A program made the translations under genes and the position numbers. Below, one piece after another: positions 18,296 through 28,331 of a stretch of DNA of 64,000 nt. The notes under the pieces are model-generated. The model was not told where the DNA came from, ran no database searches, and worked only from the letters and a program-made list of their open reading frames with translations. How positions within the stretch are numbered: position 1 is the stretch's first letter; every line of letters begins with the position of its first letter. Location of the stretch: sequence record NC_023568.1. One strand, written 5' to 3'.

Positions 18296-19420
18296 ATGTC
18301 TAAAACGATTTTTAATAAAAACCAGGTTGCTCATCTTGAGCAACCTCTTTTCTTGGGCGATGACCCGAATATTTCTCGTTTCGAAACTGTAAAACATGCA
18401 GTATTCGATCAACTCACTGAAAAACAACTTAGTTTCTTTTGGCGACCAGAAGAAGTTGACTTGACTCGTGACTCACAAGATTTTGACCGTATGCCCGAGC
18501 ATTGGAAGTTTGTCTTCACTCAAAATCTAAAATATCAATCTCTGCTTGACTCAGTTCAAGGTCGCGCACCTAATATCGCATTCTTGCCTATCTGTAGCGA
18601 CAATGCTTTTGAAAACTGGGTAACGACATGGGATTTCAGTGAAACGATTCATAGTCGCTCTTACACGCATATTATGCGTAACTTGTATGCAAACCCAAGC
18701 GCGGTGTTTGACGAGATTGTTCTCGACGAATCTATCATGGCTCGTGCTAGTGCAGTTACAGAGCATTATGATAAACTCATCGCTGAAACGCAGAAATTGC
18801 AACAGCTCAAAGCAATGAATTGTACTTCGTACATCTTGAGTATTCAAGAAACCGCAGTAAAAGAAGCACTATATCTGTGTATGCACGCAGTAAACGCACT
18901 TGAAGCAATTCGTTTCTATGTATCATTCGCATGTACTTTCAACTTTGCAGAGCAAGGTATCATGGAAGGCAACGCGAAAGTGATGAAACTCATTGCTCGT
19001 GATGAACAACTTCACTTGAAAGGTACACAAGCATTACTCAACATCTGGCATGCAGGTAAAGATGACCCTGAAATGCTTGAGATTGCTCGTCGTCTTCAAC
19101 CTGAAGCTGAAAAAATCTTCATGCAAGTTGTTGAGCAAGAGAAAGAATGGGCACATTCTTTGTTCTCTAAAGGCACAGTTCCTGGTCTAAATGCTCAGAT
19201 TCTATGTGAATACGTTGAATATCTTGCTGACAGTCGTATGCGTTCAGTTGGTTTAAACAGCCCATACCCTCGCCGTAAGCACCCATTACCGTGGATTCGC
19301 AAATGGCTAAATAGTGATTCAGTACAAGTAGCAGCACAAGAAGCTGAACTGAGTTCGTATCTTGTTGGTCAGATTGATTCAACTGTACGCGCTGAATTCC
19401 TGAAAACGTTAGAGGTGTAA
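18296..19420 (+). CDS. nrdB: ribonucleotide reductase class Ia beta subunit
   Basis: FFWRPEE, ETIHSRSY, EAIRFYVSF, IARDEQLH iron ligands. Confidence 0.97.
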   Translation: MSKTIFNKNQVAHLEQPLFLGDDPNISRFETVKHAVFDQLTEKQLSFFWRPEEVDLTRDSQDFDRMPEHWKFVFTQNLKYQSLLDSVQGRAPNIAFLPICSDNAFENWVTTWDFSETIHSRSYTHIMRNLYANPSAVFDEIVLDESIMARASAVTEHYDKLIAETQKLQQLKAMNCTSYILSIQETAVKEALYLCMHAVNALEAIRFYVSFACTFNFAEQGIMEGNAKVMKLIARDEQLHLKGTQALLNIWHAGKDDPEMLEIARRLQPEAEKIFMQVVEQEKEWAHSLFSKGTVPGLNAQILCEYVEYLADSRMRSVGLNSPYPRRKHPLPWIRKWLNSDSVQVAAQEAELSSYLVGQIDSTVRAEFLKTLEV

Positions 19421-19421
19421 A

Positions 19422-19721
19422 TTGTTAGAAATATTTGGTTGGGACGAAAGCGATTTTCGCTGCGTTCCTTGCTTGAAAGCAAAACGACTAGCTGAAACAC
19501 GTGGTTTGATTTTCGATTTCATTCCGCTTGCAAAAGAAAAGGTTACAGACGCACATAAACATAACCGTGAAGAACTTGAAAGACGAATGCACGAACTTGG
19601 TCAAGAGTTAAAGACTCTACCTCAAGTGTTCTTTGATGGTGTTCATGTTGGTGGGTTTGATGACTTCAAGGCAAAAATTCATGCACTTGAAGAAGCGCGA
19701 TGGGAAGCGCGTGCAAAATAA
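19422..19721 (+). CDS. nrdC: glutaredoxin/thioredoxin (T4 NrdC-like)
   Basis: CVPC active site, TLPQVFFDG..VGGF. Confidence 0.85.
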   Translation: MLEIFGWDESDFRCVPCLKAKRLAETRGLIFDFIPLAKEKVTDAHKHNREELERRMHELGQELKTLPQVFFDGVHVGGFDDFKAKIHALEEARWEARAK

Positions 19722-19794
19722 TTAAAAAAAAGGGTTGACAGATGTCAGCCCTTTTTTGTATCATTCGTGTGCTAAATCGACAAAGAGATCAAAT

Positions 19795-20367
19795 ATGAAG
19801 AAGTTATTTACGCTGCTTTTAGCAGTGTGTGCATTTAATGCAACTGCAAGCAATCAGTGTCACGTGAAATTTAAAGGTCAAGAACTGTCTGAAAAGCAAT
19901 GGCATAATGTACGTGCAGTGTTTGTGAACGGTTGGTTTAATGATTTGAGCTGGTCTCTAGCAGCAATCGCAATTGTCGAATCAAGTGCGGGTGAGCAGAT
20001 GATAAACCATAGAACGAAAGACTATGGTTTGATGCAAAACAACATCAAAACCGCAACAACGCGCTTGAAGCGATGGGAGAAAGCAGGTCGAGATTTCGGT
20101 CCGTATGACCTCAATAACCCTGAAGACGTGAAAACGATATTGCTTACTGATCGTACTGTATCAGTGCAGCTTGCAATAGAAGAGCTTGAATATTGGAAAA
20201 AGATTCGAGGTCATCACAATTGGCGTGAAGTGTATGCAAGCTACAACGGTGGTTTCTACAAAGGTAAACGTTGGGAACCTCGTGCTGAGAAGTATGCAAG
20301 TAAGATAATCAACACAATGCGCAAGTTAAAAGCTTGCAAACCACAATTAATGAGAGGTCTATACTAA
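19795..20367 (+). CDS. lysozyme-like transglycosylase (SLT fold) with signal peptide
   Basis: AIAIVESS catalytic Glu, YGLMQ, YNGG motifs. Confidence 0.8.
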   Translation: MKKLFTLLLAVCAFNATASNQCHVKFKGQELSEKQWHNVRAVFVNGWFNDLSWSLAAIAIVESSAGEQMINHRTKDYGLMQNNIKTATTRLKRWEKAGRDFGPYDLNNPEDVKTILLTDRTVSVQLAIEELEYWKKIRGHHNWREVYASYNGGFYKGKRWEPRAEKYASKIINTMRKLKACKPQLMRGLY

Positions 20368-20552
20368 TGAACATGATTATATTTCTGGCAGCAGTTCTAT
20401 TTTTTGTACTGCAAAACCCATGGCTGAAGAAAATCTTTTGTATGTTTGGTTGGCATACGTGGGAATACAAGAAAGGTAGCAAGCGAGCGTGTACACATTG
20501 CAACAAGCGCCAAAGTTTAATTCGCGTCGGTAATGACACTGATTGGAAATAA
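20367..20552 (+). CDS. small membrane protein with His/Cys motif
   Basis: hydrophobic N-terminus; CMFGWH...CTHC. Confidence 0.6.
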   Translation: MNMIIFLAAVLFFVLQNPWLKKIFCMFGWHTWEYKKGSKRACTHCNKRQSLIRVGNDTDWK

Positions 20553-20654
20553 ATTTAAAAAAAAATGCAAAAAGTGGTTGCGTTGGTCTCAAAAATCATT
20601 AATATAGACGGTGTTGAAGAGAACAACGCAACTAACTAAAAGAGAGAACATTAT

Positions 20655-21659
20655 ATGCAAGCTATCATCACAAACGGTCTTTTTCGTAAAACTGAAATCA
20701 ACGGCACTTACACTCTTATCGAACGAGTTTGGAATAGTTCAGATGCCGGTGAGAAAAACGGTCGTATGAAGATTATGCTTGATGGTGCAGTACGTACTAT
20801 TCGCGTAAACAAAGAAGACGTACAGTACGTAGACGAAGCTGACGCATCACAAACAGCAGTACCTGCACTTGCACCAGTCGTTGAAGCTGAAACTGAAGAA
20901 CAAATTGCAGAGCGTATCACTGAAGCGTTCGAAGCGATGGACATCTTTACTGTCGGTGCAATCGCTGGTCACGTTAAATCGCTACTTATCTCAGGTGCAG
21001 CGGGTGTTGGTAAGACGTTCACACTTGAACGCGAGTTAAATCAAGCTCAAGAACGCGGTGATATCACATTCAAGAAAGTTGCAGGTACATGTTCTGGTAT
21101 CGGTCTGTTCACAAAACTATGGGAATGCCGTCACCCTGATTCAGTTCTTCTTCTAGATGACGTAGACGTTTTCAAAGATGAAGATCAAATGAACGTTCTA
21201 AAAGCAGCACTAGACACTGGTGAAGAGCGTTGGGTTTCATGGGCGAAAGCAAGTTCTTACTTAGAAGAGCAAGGCATCGAACAAGAATTCTTGTTTGAAG
21301 GTACAGTAATCTTTATCTCAAACAAAGACTTTGACCGTGAACTTGAAGCGAATACTAAACTTTCACCGCACTTCAGCGCACTGATTTCACGTAGCATCTA
21401 CCTTGACTTAGGTGTACATACAAAAGAAGAAATCATGGTTCGCATCAAGCAAGTTGTAGCAGCAACTACAATGCTAGAAGATCTAGGTCTAAACGCAGCA
21501 CAAATCGCTGACATGATAGCTTGGATTGAGAAACACATGCTTGAACTACGTGCTCTATCGCTTCGTACATGTTTACACATTGCTGATATGATGCTAACAT
21601 CACCGACTAAATGGGAAATGCTTGCTAAGATGACTATGCTATCTAAGAAGCGTAAATAA
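20655..21659 (+). CDS. AAA+ ATPase
   Basis: Walker A GAAGVGKT, Walker B LLLDDVD, sensor FISN. Confidence 0.85.
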   Translation: MQAIITNGLFRKTEINGTYTLIERVWNSSDAGEKNGRMKIMLDGAVRTIRVNKEDVQYVDEADASQTAVPALAPVVEAETEEQIAERITEAFEAMDIFTVGAIAGHVKSLLISGAAGVGKTFTLERELNQAQERGDITFKKVAGTCSGIGLFTKLWECRHPDSVLLLDDVDVFKDEDQMNVLKAALDTGEERWVSWAKASSYLEEQGIEQEFLFEGTVIFISNKDFDRELEANTKLSPHFSALISRSIYLDLGVHTKEEIMVRIKQVVAATTMLEDLGLNAAQIADMIAWIEKHMLELRALSLRTCLHIADMMLTSPTKWEMLAKMTMLSKKRK

Positions 21660-21667
21660 ACTCTTTG

Positions 21668-21690
21668 AGGGGCTGTAAAGCCCCGTTTTT
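21668..21690 (+). terminator. rho-independent terminator
   Basis: GGGGC tgtaaa GCCCC + T run. Confidence 0.75.
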
Positions 21691-21704
21691 CATACGAGGG
21701 AAAA

Positions 21705-22991
21705 ATGCAACGTACATTATCAAGTATTACAAATGATGAAGCGTTAGAATACGCAATGTATACAATCGAGAATCGAGCACTGGCTAATGGGATTGATGGT
21801 CTCAAGCCAGTGCATCGTTTTGTATTGTATAACGTCATCAAAGACGCTAGTACGTCTTTTGACAAGGTCGCAGCGTTGGGAAGCTCAGTATCAAAGATTG
21901 GTTACAATCACGGCGAGACAGCAGCACAAGACGCTCTAGCGCGTATGGCAGCAGAGTGGACAAACAACGTACCGATTGTACAAGGGCGCGGTAACTTTGG
22001 TTCTCGCATGGTTAAAGTGTCTGCGTCTGCTCGTTACGTTTATGCAAAGCTACATGAAAACTTTGACAAATATTTCAAAGATATTCATCTATCACCTGAA
22101 CATAAAGACGTTGAGCATGTACCACCTCAGTTCTATGTGCCTGTTGTCCCGATGGTTCTACTGAATGGTATTGAGGGTATTGCAACTGGTTTTGCGTGTA
22201 ACATTCTACCGCATGACCCAGAATGGGTTAAGAAAGCAGTTGTTGAATATCTTTCGGGTAAAGAGATTAGCGAACCCGTTCTGAAGTTCCCTGAATTTCA
22301 CGGCAAGATCGTTAAACTCGAACACAACAAATACGCTCAGATCGGCAACTTTGAAGTTAGCGGTTTGACGGTAGTTGTTACTGAAATCCCGACTGGTTTC
22401 GACCACACGAAATATATCAAAGAACTTGACAAGCTCGTAGAACAAGGTAAAATCAGTAGCTACGTTGATGAAACAGGTGAAACATTTCAGTTTCGTGTTC
22501 GATTCAAGCGCGGTGCAAAAATGACCGAAGACTTCGTAATCAAAACTCTGAAACTGCAAAGTACATTTACACAGAACATCAACGTCATCGACGAGAATTA
22601 TCAGATTCGTCATTTTGACGACGCACGAGAACTTGTGAAGTGGTTCGTTGACTTTCGTCTATCATTCTTACCTAAACGAATTAAAGACTCTTCAGAGCGC
22701 ACAGAGAAGCGTTCATCACTAGCGATTGCTAAAGTTGAGTTCATCAAGCGTGTTGTGTCTGGTAAAATTGTTCTATTCGGTAAGAAGCGTGCTGAAGTAG
22801 CAGCAGAGCTTAAAGCAGAAGACGCATTTAAAGATCATGTCAACGATCTTCTAAATATGTCGGTTGATAAAATGACCGACGACGAGATTGCACGTCTTGA
22901 AAAAGATGCAGCAGCAGCACAAAAAGAACTCTTATATTGGAAGAAAACAACTCCACATAAAGAGTTTATCAAAGACTTAAAGGCAATATAA
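21705..22991 (+). CDS. gp52: DNA topoisomerase II medium subunit (GyrA/ParC-like)
   Basis: NRALANGIDGLKPVHR, YNHGE, GNFGSR, SARY catalytic Tyr. Confidence 0.95.
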   Translation: MQRTLSSITNDEALEYAMYTIENRALANGIDGLKPVHRFVLYNVIKDASTSFDKVAALGSSVSKIGYNHGETAAQDALARMAAEWTNNVPIVQGRGNFGSRMVKVSASARYVYAKLHENFDKYFKDIHLSPEHKDVEHVPPQFYVPVVPMVLLNGIEGIATGFACNILPHDPEWVKKAVVEYLSGKEISEPVLKFPEFHGKIVKLEHNKYAQIGNFEVSGLTVVVTEIPTGFDHTKYIKELDKLVEQGKISSYVDETGETFQFRVRFKRGAKMTEDFVIKTLKLQSTFTQNINVIDENYQIRHFDDARELVKWFVDFRLSFLPKRIKDSSERTEKRSSLAIAKVEFIKRVVSGKIVLFGKKRAEVAAELKAEDAFKDHVNDLLNMSVDKMTDDEIARLEKDAAAAQKELLYWKKTTPHKEFIKDLKAI

Positions 22992-23233
22992 TGAACATTA
23001 TAGTCGAAAACGGCAACATTCAGCCGAACGACCAAGCGACATTATTTGCGGACGAAGAAGTTGTGAGAGTGCCTAGCACTTTCACACTTACTGACTTAGT
23101 TTGTCATCTTGGTCTATACAAATCAAAATCACAAGCCAGACAAGCGAAACGTGTTGGTGAAATCCCTCACGGTTACAATGAATTCAAAGGCAATAAGAAA
23201 ACGCCTTTGTACGTCTGGAACCCAACAGAGTAA
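22991..23233 (+). CDS. S4-like RNA-binding domain protein
   Basis: LTDLVCHLGLYKSKSQARQ resembles the S4 / TyrRS C-terminal motif. Confidence 0.55.
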   Translation: MNIIVENGNIQPNDQATLFADEEVVRVPSTFTLTDLVCHLGLYKSKSQARQAKRVGEIPHGYNEFKGNKKTPLYVWNPTE

Positions 23234-23241
23234 GGTAATAT

Positions 23242-24126
23242 ATGCAGGTACGATGGACAGAAATGTTTTACAGCGTTCAAGGTGAAGGCAAATACACTGG
23301 TCAAGCTAGTTTATTCTTTCGCTTCTGGGGTTGTAATTTAGAATGTCACGGCTTCGGTCAAGAAGACCCGACGAACAAAGACACATGGGTTTTAGATTTC
23401 AAAGATTACGACCCGAAAGCAAACAACGTGACTTCAGTTGAAGATCTACCTGTATGGACTCGTGGTTGTGACTCTTCATACACGTGGGCTAAAAAGTATG
23501 CTCATCTTGCTTCTAAGTCTGAAGTACCAGACGTTTGCGAAGCAATGCTTGACAAACTGCCTAATCGAGAATGGGGAGAAATTCATTGGGTAATTACGGG
23601 CGGTGAGCCTATGATGAACCAATCACAGATCATCGAAATGATGAATTACTTCATCGAAATCGACAATTACCCAAAACATATCACGATTGAAACAAACGGT
23701 ACGCGAGATCTCAAGCCCGAATTTTCAGAACGTTGGGCATTGATTCAATGGAAAGCTCGTTCTGAGAAACCACAGTTGAGCTTCAGTGTATCGTTTAAGT
23801 TATTCAACGTAACAGGTGAAGTTGCAGAAAAAGCAATTAAGCCTAAAGTTGTTAACAAATATGCACGCATCGCAGACGTTTGGTTGAAACCAGTTGTCGT
23901 AGACAAGGAAGCGTGTTGGGACGAGCTTGATACAACAATTGCGTTGTATAAAGTAGAAAACAACTTACACAATGTTCCAGTGTATATCATGCCATGTGGT
24001 GCTACTCAAGAAGAGCAAGAGCAAGATGGTTATATGGCTTCAATTGCAGGGAAAGCATTGGAGCGTGGTTACAACGTTTCTGTTCGTGTACACGTATGGA
24101 TTTGGGGTAACGCGGTGGGCACATAA
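23242..24126 (+). CDS. queE: 7-carboxy-7-deazaguanine synthase (radical SAM)
   Basis: EMFYSVQGEG, CNLEC...CDS, ITGGEP, IETNGT, VRVHVWIWG. Confidence 0.9.
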   Translation: MQVRWTEMFYSVQGEGKYTGQASLFFRFWGCNLECHGFGQEDPTNKDTWVLDFKDYDPKANNVTSVEDLPVWTRGCDSSYTWAKKYAHLASKSEVPDVCEAMLDKLPNREWGEIHWVITGGEPMMNQSQIIEMMNYFIEIDNYPKHITIETNGTRDLKPEFSERWALIQWKARSEKPQLSFSVSFKLFNVTGEVAEKAIKPKVVNKYARIADVWLKPVVVDKEACWDELDTTIALYKVENNLHNVPVYIMPCGATQEEQEQDGYMASIAGKALERGYNVSVRVHVWIWGNAVGT

Positions 24127-24163
24127 GTGCCCTTTTTATTCCCCTTTAAAGTGAGAAATTAAT

Positions 24164-24418
24164 ATGATTCTTTTTGGTCACGTAGTTGGTACTATCGGTA
24201 TGATTCTAATCTGTCTGGCATTCTGGATGGTGACGAGTGAGAAATATAAGCCTACTGATAATAAGTACTTGTGGACTAATATGTCGGGTGCTATACTACT
24301 TACGATTAGTTTACTAATCAACTTCAACCTAGGTAGCTTCATGATTGAGCTATTCTGGATTTACATCAGTGGTACCGCACTGTATAAGAACTACAAAAAG
24401 ACGAAAACAGCTAAATAG
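24164..24418 (+). CDS. small 3-TM membrane protein (CBU_0592-like)
   Basis: G.IG..LI, YLWTN..GA.LL.ISL...FN....IE.FW pattern. Confidence 0.65.
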   Translation: MILFGHVVGTIGMILICLAFWMVTSEKYKPTDNKYLWTNMSGAILLTISLLINFNLGSFMIELFWIYISGTALYKNYKKTKTAK

Positions 24419-24483
24419 TAGTTGATAAAAATGTCGATTCGTGTATAATTAATTGCGAATCGACATATAAAATGGAGAATCTA

Positions 24484-24639
24484 ATGTCTAAAAATAAAGA
24501 GAACAACAAACCTCAAAACTTTGTTGCGAAGCACATGAACACTTTCAATCACGCTTCTGTTGAAGAAGATCGAAAGAAAAAATCGAAACGTTTGACTAAG
24601 CGCAAGATGAAACATAAAGGGAAAGCCTATGATGAATAA
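24484..24639 (+). CDS. small basic protein (51 aa), absent from the ORF track
   Basis: GGAG RBS; MSKNKENNKPQNFVAKH...DRKK...KHK. Confidence 0.65.
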   Translation: MSKNKENNKPQNFVAKHMNTFNHASVEEDRKKKSKRLTKRKMKHKGKAYDE

Positions 24640-24928
24640 TGTTTTAGCTGGTATACCCATGCCACCCCAAAAGCCCAAGTTCATACCCGAGTCCGACGAT
24701 CATCAATTCTTTCATGATTGTGAAGGGTTCGATTGGTATCATGAATTCAGTGATTCTCACTCGAAGTGGGAACAGGGACGAAAGAATTTGCGAATATTGA
24801 AATCTAGAATTTGCAATGAACGTCGTAATGAAATCTTTGATGCGTGGTGTAAGTACATGTTCAGTGGACCGAATTTCGGTACTGAGCAACTACCTCGACC
24901 AACTTGGGATGACTTTAAAGATGCATAA
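24629..24928 (+). CDS. hypothetical protein
   Basis: FDWY.E.SD motif; ORF track. Confidence 0.7.
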   Translation: MMNNVLAGIPMPPQKPKFIPESDDHQFFHDCEGFDWYHEFSDSHSKWEQGRKNLRILKSRICNERRNEIFDAWCKYMFSGPNFGTEQLPRPTWDDFKDA

Positions 24929-25190
24929 AGATGTGCTCGGCAACGTTATTGAAATGAAAGATATTGTGTTTCGTCTTTCAAAAGAACGATTGTGCGTCGA
25001 GCCATGCATAGTCACGGGTTTTACGCAGTACAAAGTGCTGTTAAATGATGGTCTACAATGCGACCCAAATCGCGTCGTTGTTGTGACTGAACAGATTCAA
25101 AATAACGGTATCGACTTGTGGTCAAACACGCTCGAATACAAATATCGTGAATACATTATCAAAGGCTATAAACGCCTACAACAGAAGTGA
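24921..25190 (+). CDS. hypothetical protein
   Basis: start moved to ATG 24921 (KDVLGNVIE). Confidence 0.6.
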   Translation: MHKDVLGNVIEMKDIVFRLSKERLCVEPCIVTGFTQYKVLLNDGLQCDPNRVVVVTEQIQNNGIDLWSNTLEYKYREYIIKGYKRLQQK

Positions 25191-25196
25191 GAAAAC

Positions 25197-25469
25197 ATGA
25201 CATTCTTTCAAAAACTAGTAGCAATCTTTACAAATACTCCACGTCCAACTGAAGACATTCTTGACGACATGAATCAAAAAGCAAATGAGCTTCGCGCACG
25301 TGCTCAGTTCGATCAAGAACAGATTGAAGCAAACGAAGCGGAAGAGCGTCGTGCCCGTGAAGAAGTTGAGCGCCGCGCACAAGAGCTTGCAGCACAGAAC
25401 AACGTACATGCACAGTCTAAAGAACGCGCCGAACGAGTTGCGAAGCGAGTTGAAGAATTCACCTCGTAA
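25197..25469 (+). CDS. coiled-coil hypothetical protein
   Basis: GAG RBS; followed by terminator 25486-25510. Confidence 0.7.
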   Translation: MTFFQKLVAIFTNTPRPTEDILDDMNQKANELRARAQFDQEQIEANEAEERRAREEVERRAQELAAQNNVHAQSKERAERVAKRVEEFTS

Positions 25470-25485
25470 ACGATGACAGTTTCAT

Positions 25486-25510
25486 AAAGCCCCTTAATTG
25501 GGGCTTTTTT
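25486..25510 (+). terminator. rho-independent terminator
   Basis: AGCCCC ttaatt GGGGCT + T run. Confidence 0.85.
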
Positions 25511-25546
25511 GTGTCTGACATAAATACAAGTAAAATGAGGTATTGT

Positions 25547-26656
25547 ATGAAAAATCTAAAATCTTTTATGGAAGAACTTCAGTTAGTCACTGAGGTTTTT
25601 ATTCGCGGCGGGCGACCACGAAACGGCTCAAAAGTACTTGCTAACGGTAAGAATATTTGGGTATGGAATAACGATAGAGAGTTTGAACGTCTAGTGCCAT
25701 TCATCAATCGCGAGTTGGGAACTGACTTCGAGGAAGAATACGATCTAGACGATTGGTATAGAGAAGGCGCACAAGCGGTATACGCGACGATTGAGAACGG
25801 CAGACTAGATATGTTCGGGGATTCTGCTTACCGACCGTCTGTAACGTCTGACACGCTTCGTAAGACGATCAAAGCACTTAATCTAAACGGTGTAACTCGT
25901 CGCACGCAATCATTTAACCCTGATTACGATGAAGTTGAGCACGATTTCGAAACAGATCGATATGAATTCAACAAGAAACTGTCACAAAAGACGTTTTATC
26001 ATGGCACATCGACAGCATACATCGAATCAATGTTGAAGTTTGGTCTGAAGCCGAACCCAGGCGAAACTCAATTTGATAATATTGAACATGCTGATAAAGT
26101 ATTCATTACGACTGAACTTGATAAAGCAATGTTTCATGCGACACACTCAGCGAACCGAAACAACTCGTTCCCTGTGATAATCGAGATTCGTATACCAGAC
26201 GAAAGCAAGCTTGTGTCTGATTATGACGTTGTAATTGATGTACTAGGTGCAAATTCAGAAGAAGCAAGCGAACTCGGTTATGCTGACATATTCTATCAAT
26301 TACCACATCAACGCGGAGACGGGACGAAGTATCACAAAGATGATATTGAAAGTCGATTCGGCAAACGTCTGGGTGGGTTGAGTACTCGCATAGGTGTATT
26401 CGGGTACAAAGGTCGAATTCCTGCAAGTCATTTCAATTTCATCTACGCTGACGGTGACGTAATTGAAGAATCAATGCCAGAAATGTATTGGGAAATGGAC
26501 GGCGAATTTGATATGGCAGAAATGCGCACTGAAACGGTAAACCATCGTTCGTTCGATTACTGGGACCAGTACAAGCCAGAGAAATTCATTGCTCACTTTG
26601 AAGAACTGTGGGATGACCTCGCAGATGAATTCGAAGACGAAGATGACGACTACTAA
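25547..26656 (+). CDS. late protein with ADP-ribosyltransferase-like (H-Y-E / Tpt1-like) domain
   Basis: FYHGTS...GLKP, VFITT, PVIIEI motifs; CATAAATA at 25519; GAGG RBS. Confidence 0.6.
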   Translation: MKNLKSFMEELQLVTEVFIRGGRPRNGSKVLANGKNIWVWNNDREFERLVPFINRELGTDFEEEYDLDDWYREGAQAVYATIENGRLDMFGDSAYRPSVTSDTLRKTIKALNLNGVTRRTQSFNPDYDEVEHDFETDRYEFNKKLSQKTFYHGTSTAYIESMLKFGLKPNPGETQFDNIEHADKVFITTELDKAMFHATHSANRNNSFPVIIEIRIPDESKLVSDYDVVIDVLGANSEEASELGYADIFYQLPHQRGDGTKYHKDDIESRFGKRLGGLSTRIGVFGYKGRIPASHFNFIYADGDVIEESMPEMYWEMDGEFDMAEMRTETVNHRSFDYWDQYKPEKFIAHFEELWDDLADEFEDEDDDY

Positions 26657-26697
26657 ATACTAGGGAGCAATAACGCTCCCTTTTTTAGGACTGAATC

Positions 26698-27183
26698 ATG
26701 TATAAATGTAAACACTTTAAAATTCAAGAACTCGTGACACCTCAAATGTATAGAAATTGGGGTGAAAAATGTTGGACACTTTTTGATGACCGTCTATTAC
26801 GCACGCTAGACGCTCTCAGAGAACGATTCGGTCCCTGCACCATAAACGATTGGAGTTGGGGCGGTTCGTTTGATGACAGCGGTATGAGAGACGAGAACTT
26901 CTATGGTTCTGCTCAAAAATATCTTGCTAGTCGTTCTCAGCACAAATACGGTCGTGCGGCTGATTGTAAATTCAGAGATATTGCTGCTCATGAAGTGCGT
27001 AAATACATCTTAGAGAACCCAGATGAATTCCCATACGTGAAATTCATTGAATGTGGGCCGTTGAAGAGTGGTAATGCGATGACGTGGGTTCACATCGACG
27101 TTCGAAACGGCACAGATGTATATTGTTGGTCACCGAAAGAAGGTGTGATTAGTCACAGCGAAGTCATTCGCCGTCAACTTTAG
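26698..27183 (+). CDS. peptidase M15 family endolysin
   Basis: SGMR, SQHKYGRAAD, WVHID zinc ligands; ACTAAATA late-like promoter at 26652. Confidence 0.85.
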   Translation: MYKCKHFKIQELVTPQMYRNWGEKCWTLFDDRLLRTLDALRERFGPCTINDWSWGGSFDDSGMRDENFYGSAQKYLASRSQHKYGRAADCKFRDIAAHEVRKYILENPDEFPYVKFIECGPLKSGNAMTWVHIDVRNGTDVYCWSPKEGVISHSEVIRRQL

Positions 27184-27245
27184 TTTAACATCTAGGTTAT
27201 TGAAGTTACTATAAAATTGTCAACACACAACAAAAGGTCTACTAC

Positions 27246-27950
27246 ATGGGCAAAAAGAAAAAAGAAGAGCGCATTCAAGAACGTGTTACACTGAAATCTT
27301 TCAATCAAGAGCAATATGCAGATGCGATTTGGGAAGAAGTCGGTGAAGACGGTTCGGGTGCGTTTGTATTTGCGATTGGGTCTGCGGGTACCGGTAAGAC
27401 ATGGCTTGCTACTACATTAGGCGCAGACATGTATTCAGCATTCGAATACGCTCAATTCGTTATCTTGAAACCGACACTCTCATGCGGTGAAGAACTTGGT
27501 TACCTCCCGGGTACGCTCGAAGAGAAAATGGAACCATGGATTCAAACAGTAACACAGCCTTTGAAAGACCGCCTAGGTGATGATAAGTTCAAGTGTGATT
27601 GGGGTAAACGCATTCACGCAGAGCCGATTCAATTCGTGCGCGGTAAGACATTTGACAATTGTTTTATCATCGTTGATGAAGCTCAGAACTTAACAAAGAC
27701 TGAAATTCAGACTATTATGACTCGTATCGGTGAGAATACGAAAATGATTTTCTGTGGCGACTTGAAACAAGACGATCACAAGATGATTTATCGCACCGGT
27801 CAGAAAGAACTCAGTGGTCTAGCGTGGATGGTTAATGAAATTCGTAACCAACAACGTTCAGGCATTGAAATCATCGAATTTACTAATAAAGACGTAGTAC
27901 GTTCTGGCGCTTGTAAAATGGCACTAGATATTATCGACAAGGCTCAGTAA
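27246..27950 (+). CDS. phoH: PhoH-like ATPase
   Basis: GSAGTGKT, LGYLPGTLEEK, RGKTF, IIVDEAQN, GDLKQ. Confidence 0.93.
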   Translation: MGKKKKEERIQERVTLKSFNQEQYADAIWEEVGEDGSGAFVFAIGSAGTGKTWLATTLGADMYSAFEYAQFVILKPTLSCGEELGYLPGTLEEKMEPWIQTVTQPLKDRLGDDKFKCDWGKRIHAEPIQFVRGKTFDNCFIIVDEAQNLTKTEIQTIMTRIGENTKMIFCGDLKQDDHKMIYRTGQKELSGLAWMVNEIRNQQRSGIEIIEFTNKDVVRSGACKMALDIIDKAQ

Positions 27951-28258
27951 TGGCAAAACTTATCGACAACCAAACGGTTAAAATAATCGATGTCGGTAAC
28001 TTCAACATTCTAGTCAAGCAATGGTATGAACTTGAGACTAAAGAAATAACCGAAAGTCTTCAGCTCGAAGAAGGTGAGATTGTGAACATCAAGATCTATG
28101 ATGACGCAACAGTACCTGGTGGCGTGTATTCATTAGTCACTAAGACCTCAAAGCATTACACAACTGCTTTGGGTTCTATCATTCATGACCGCAACTCGCC
28201 TGACTATGATATGAAGAAAGACCGACATAGAGTTCAGATTACATCGAAACTCAATTAA
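27950..28258 (+). CDS. hypothetical protein
   Basis: TAATG coupling; terminator 28261-28283. Confidence 0.7.
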   Translation: MAKLIDNQTVKIIDVGNFNILVKQWYELETKEITESLQLEEGEIVNIKIYDDATVPGGVYSLVTKTSKHYTTALGSIIHDRNSPDYDMKKDRHRVQITSKLN

Positions 28259-28331
28259 CAAAGCGCCTTCGGGCGCTTTTTTTGTTTAGAACTCAGAGGT
28301 TTTGACATAAAATAGTTAGACGGAGGTGACG

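Noticed and set aside
16061-19420. Group I introns, inteins or homing endonucleases in nrdA/nrdB
   Set aside because: Both ORFs are continuous and of normal length
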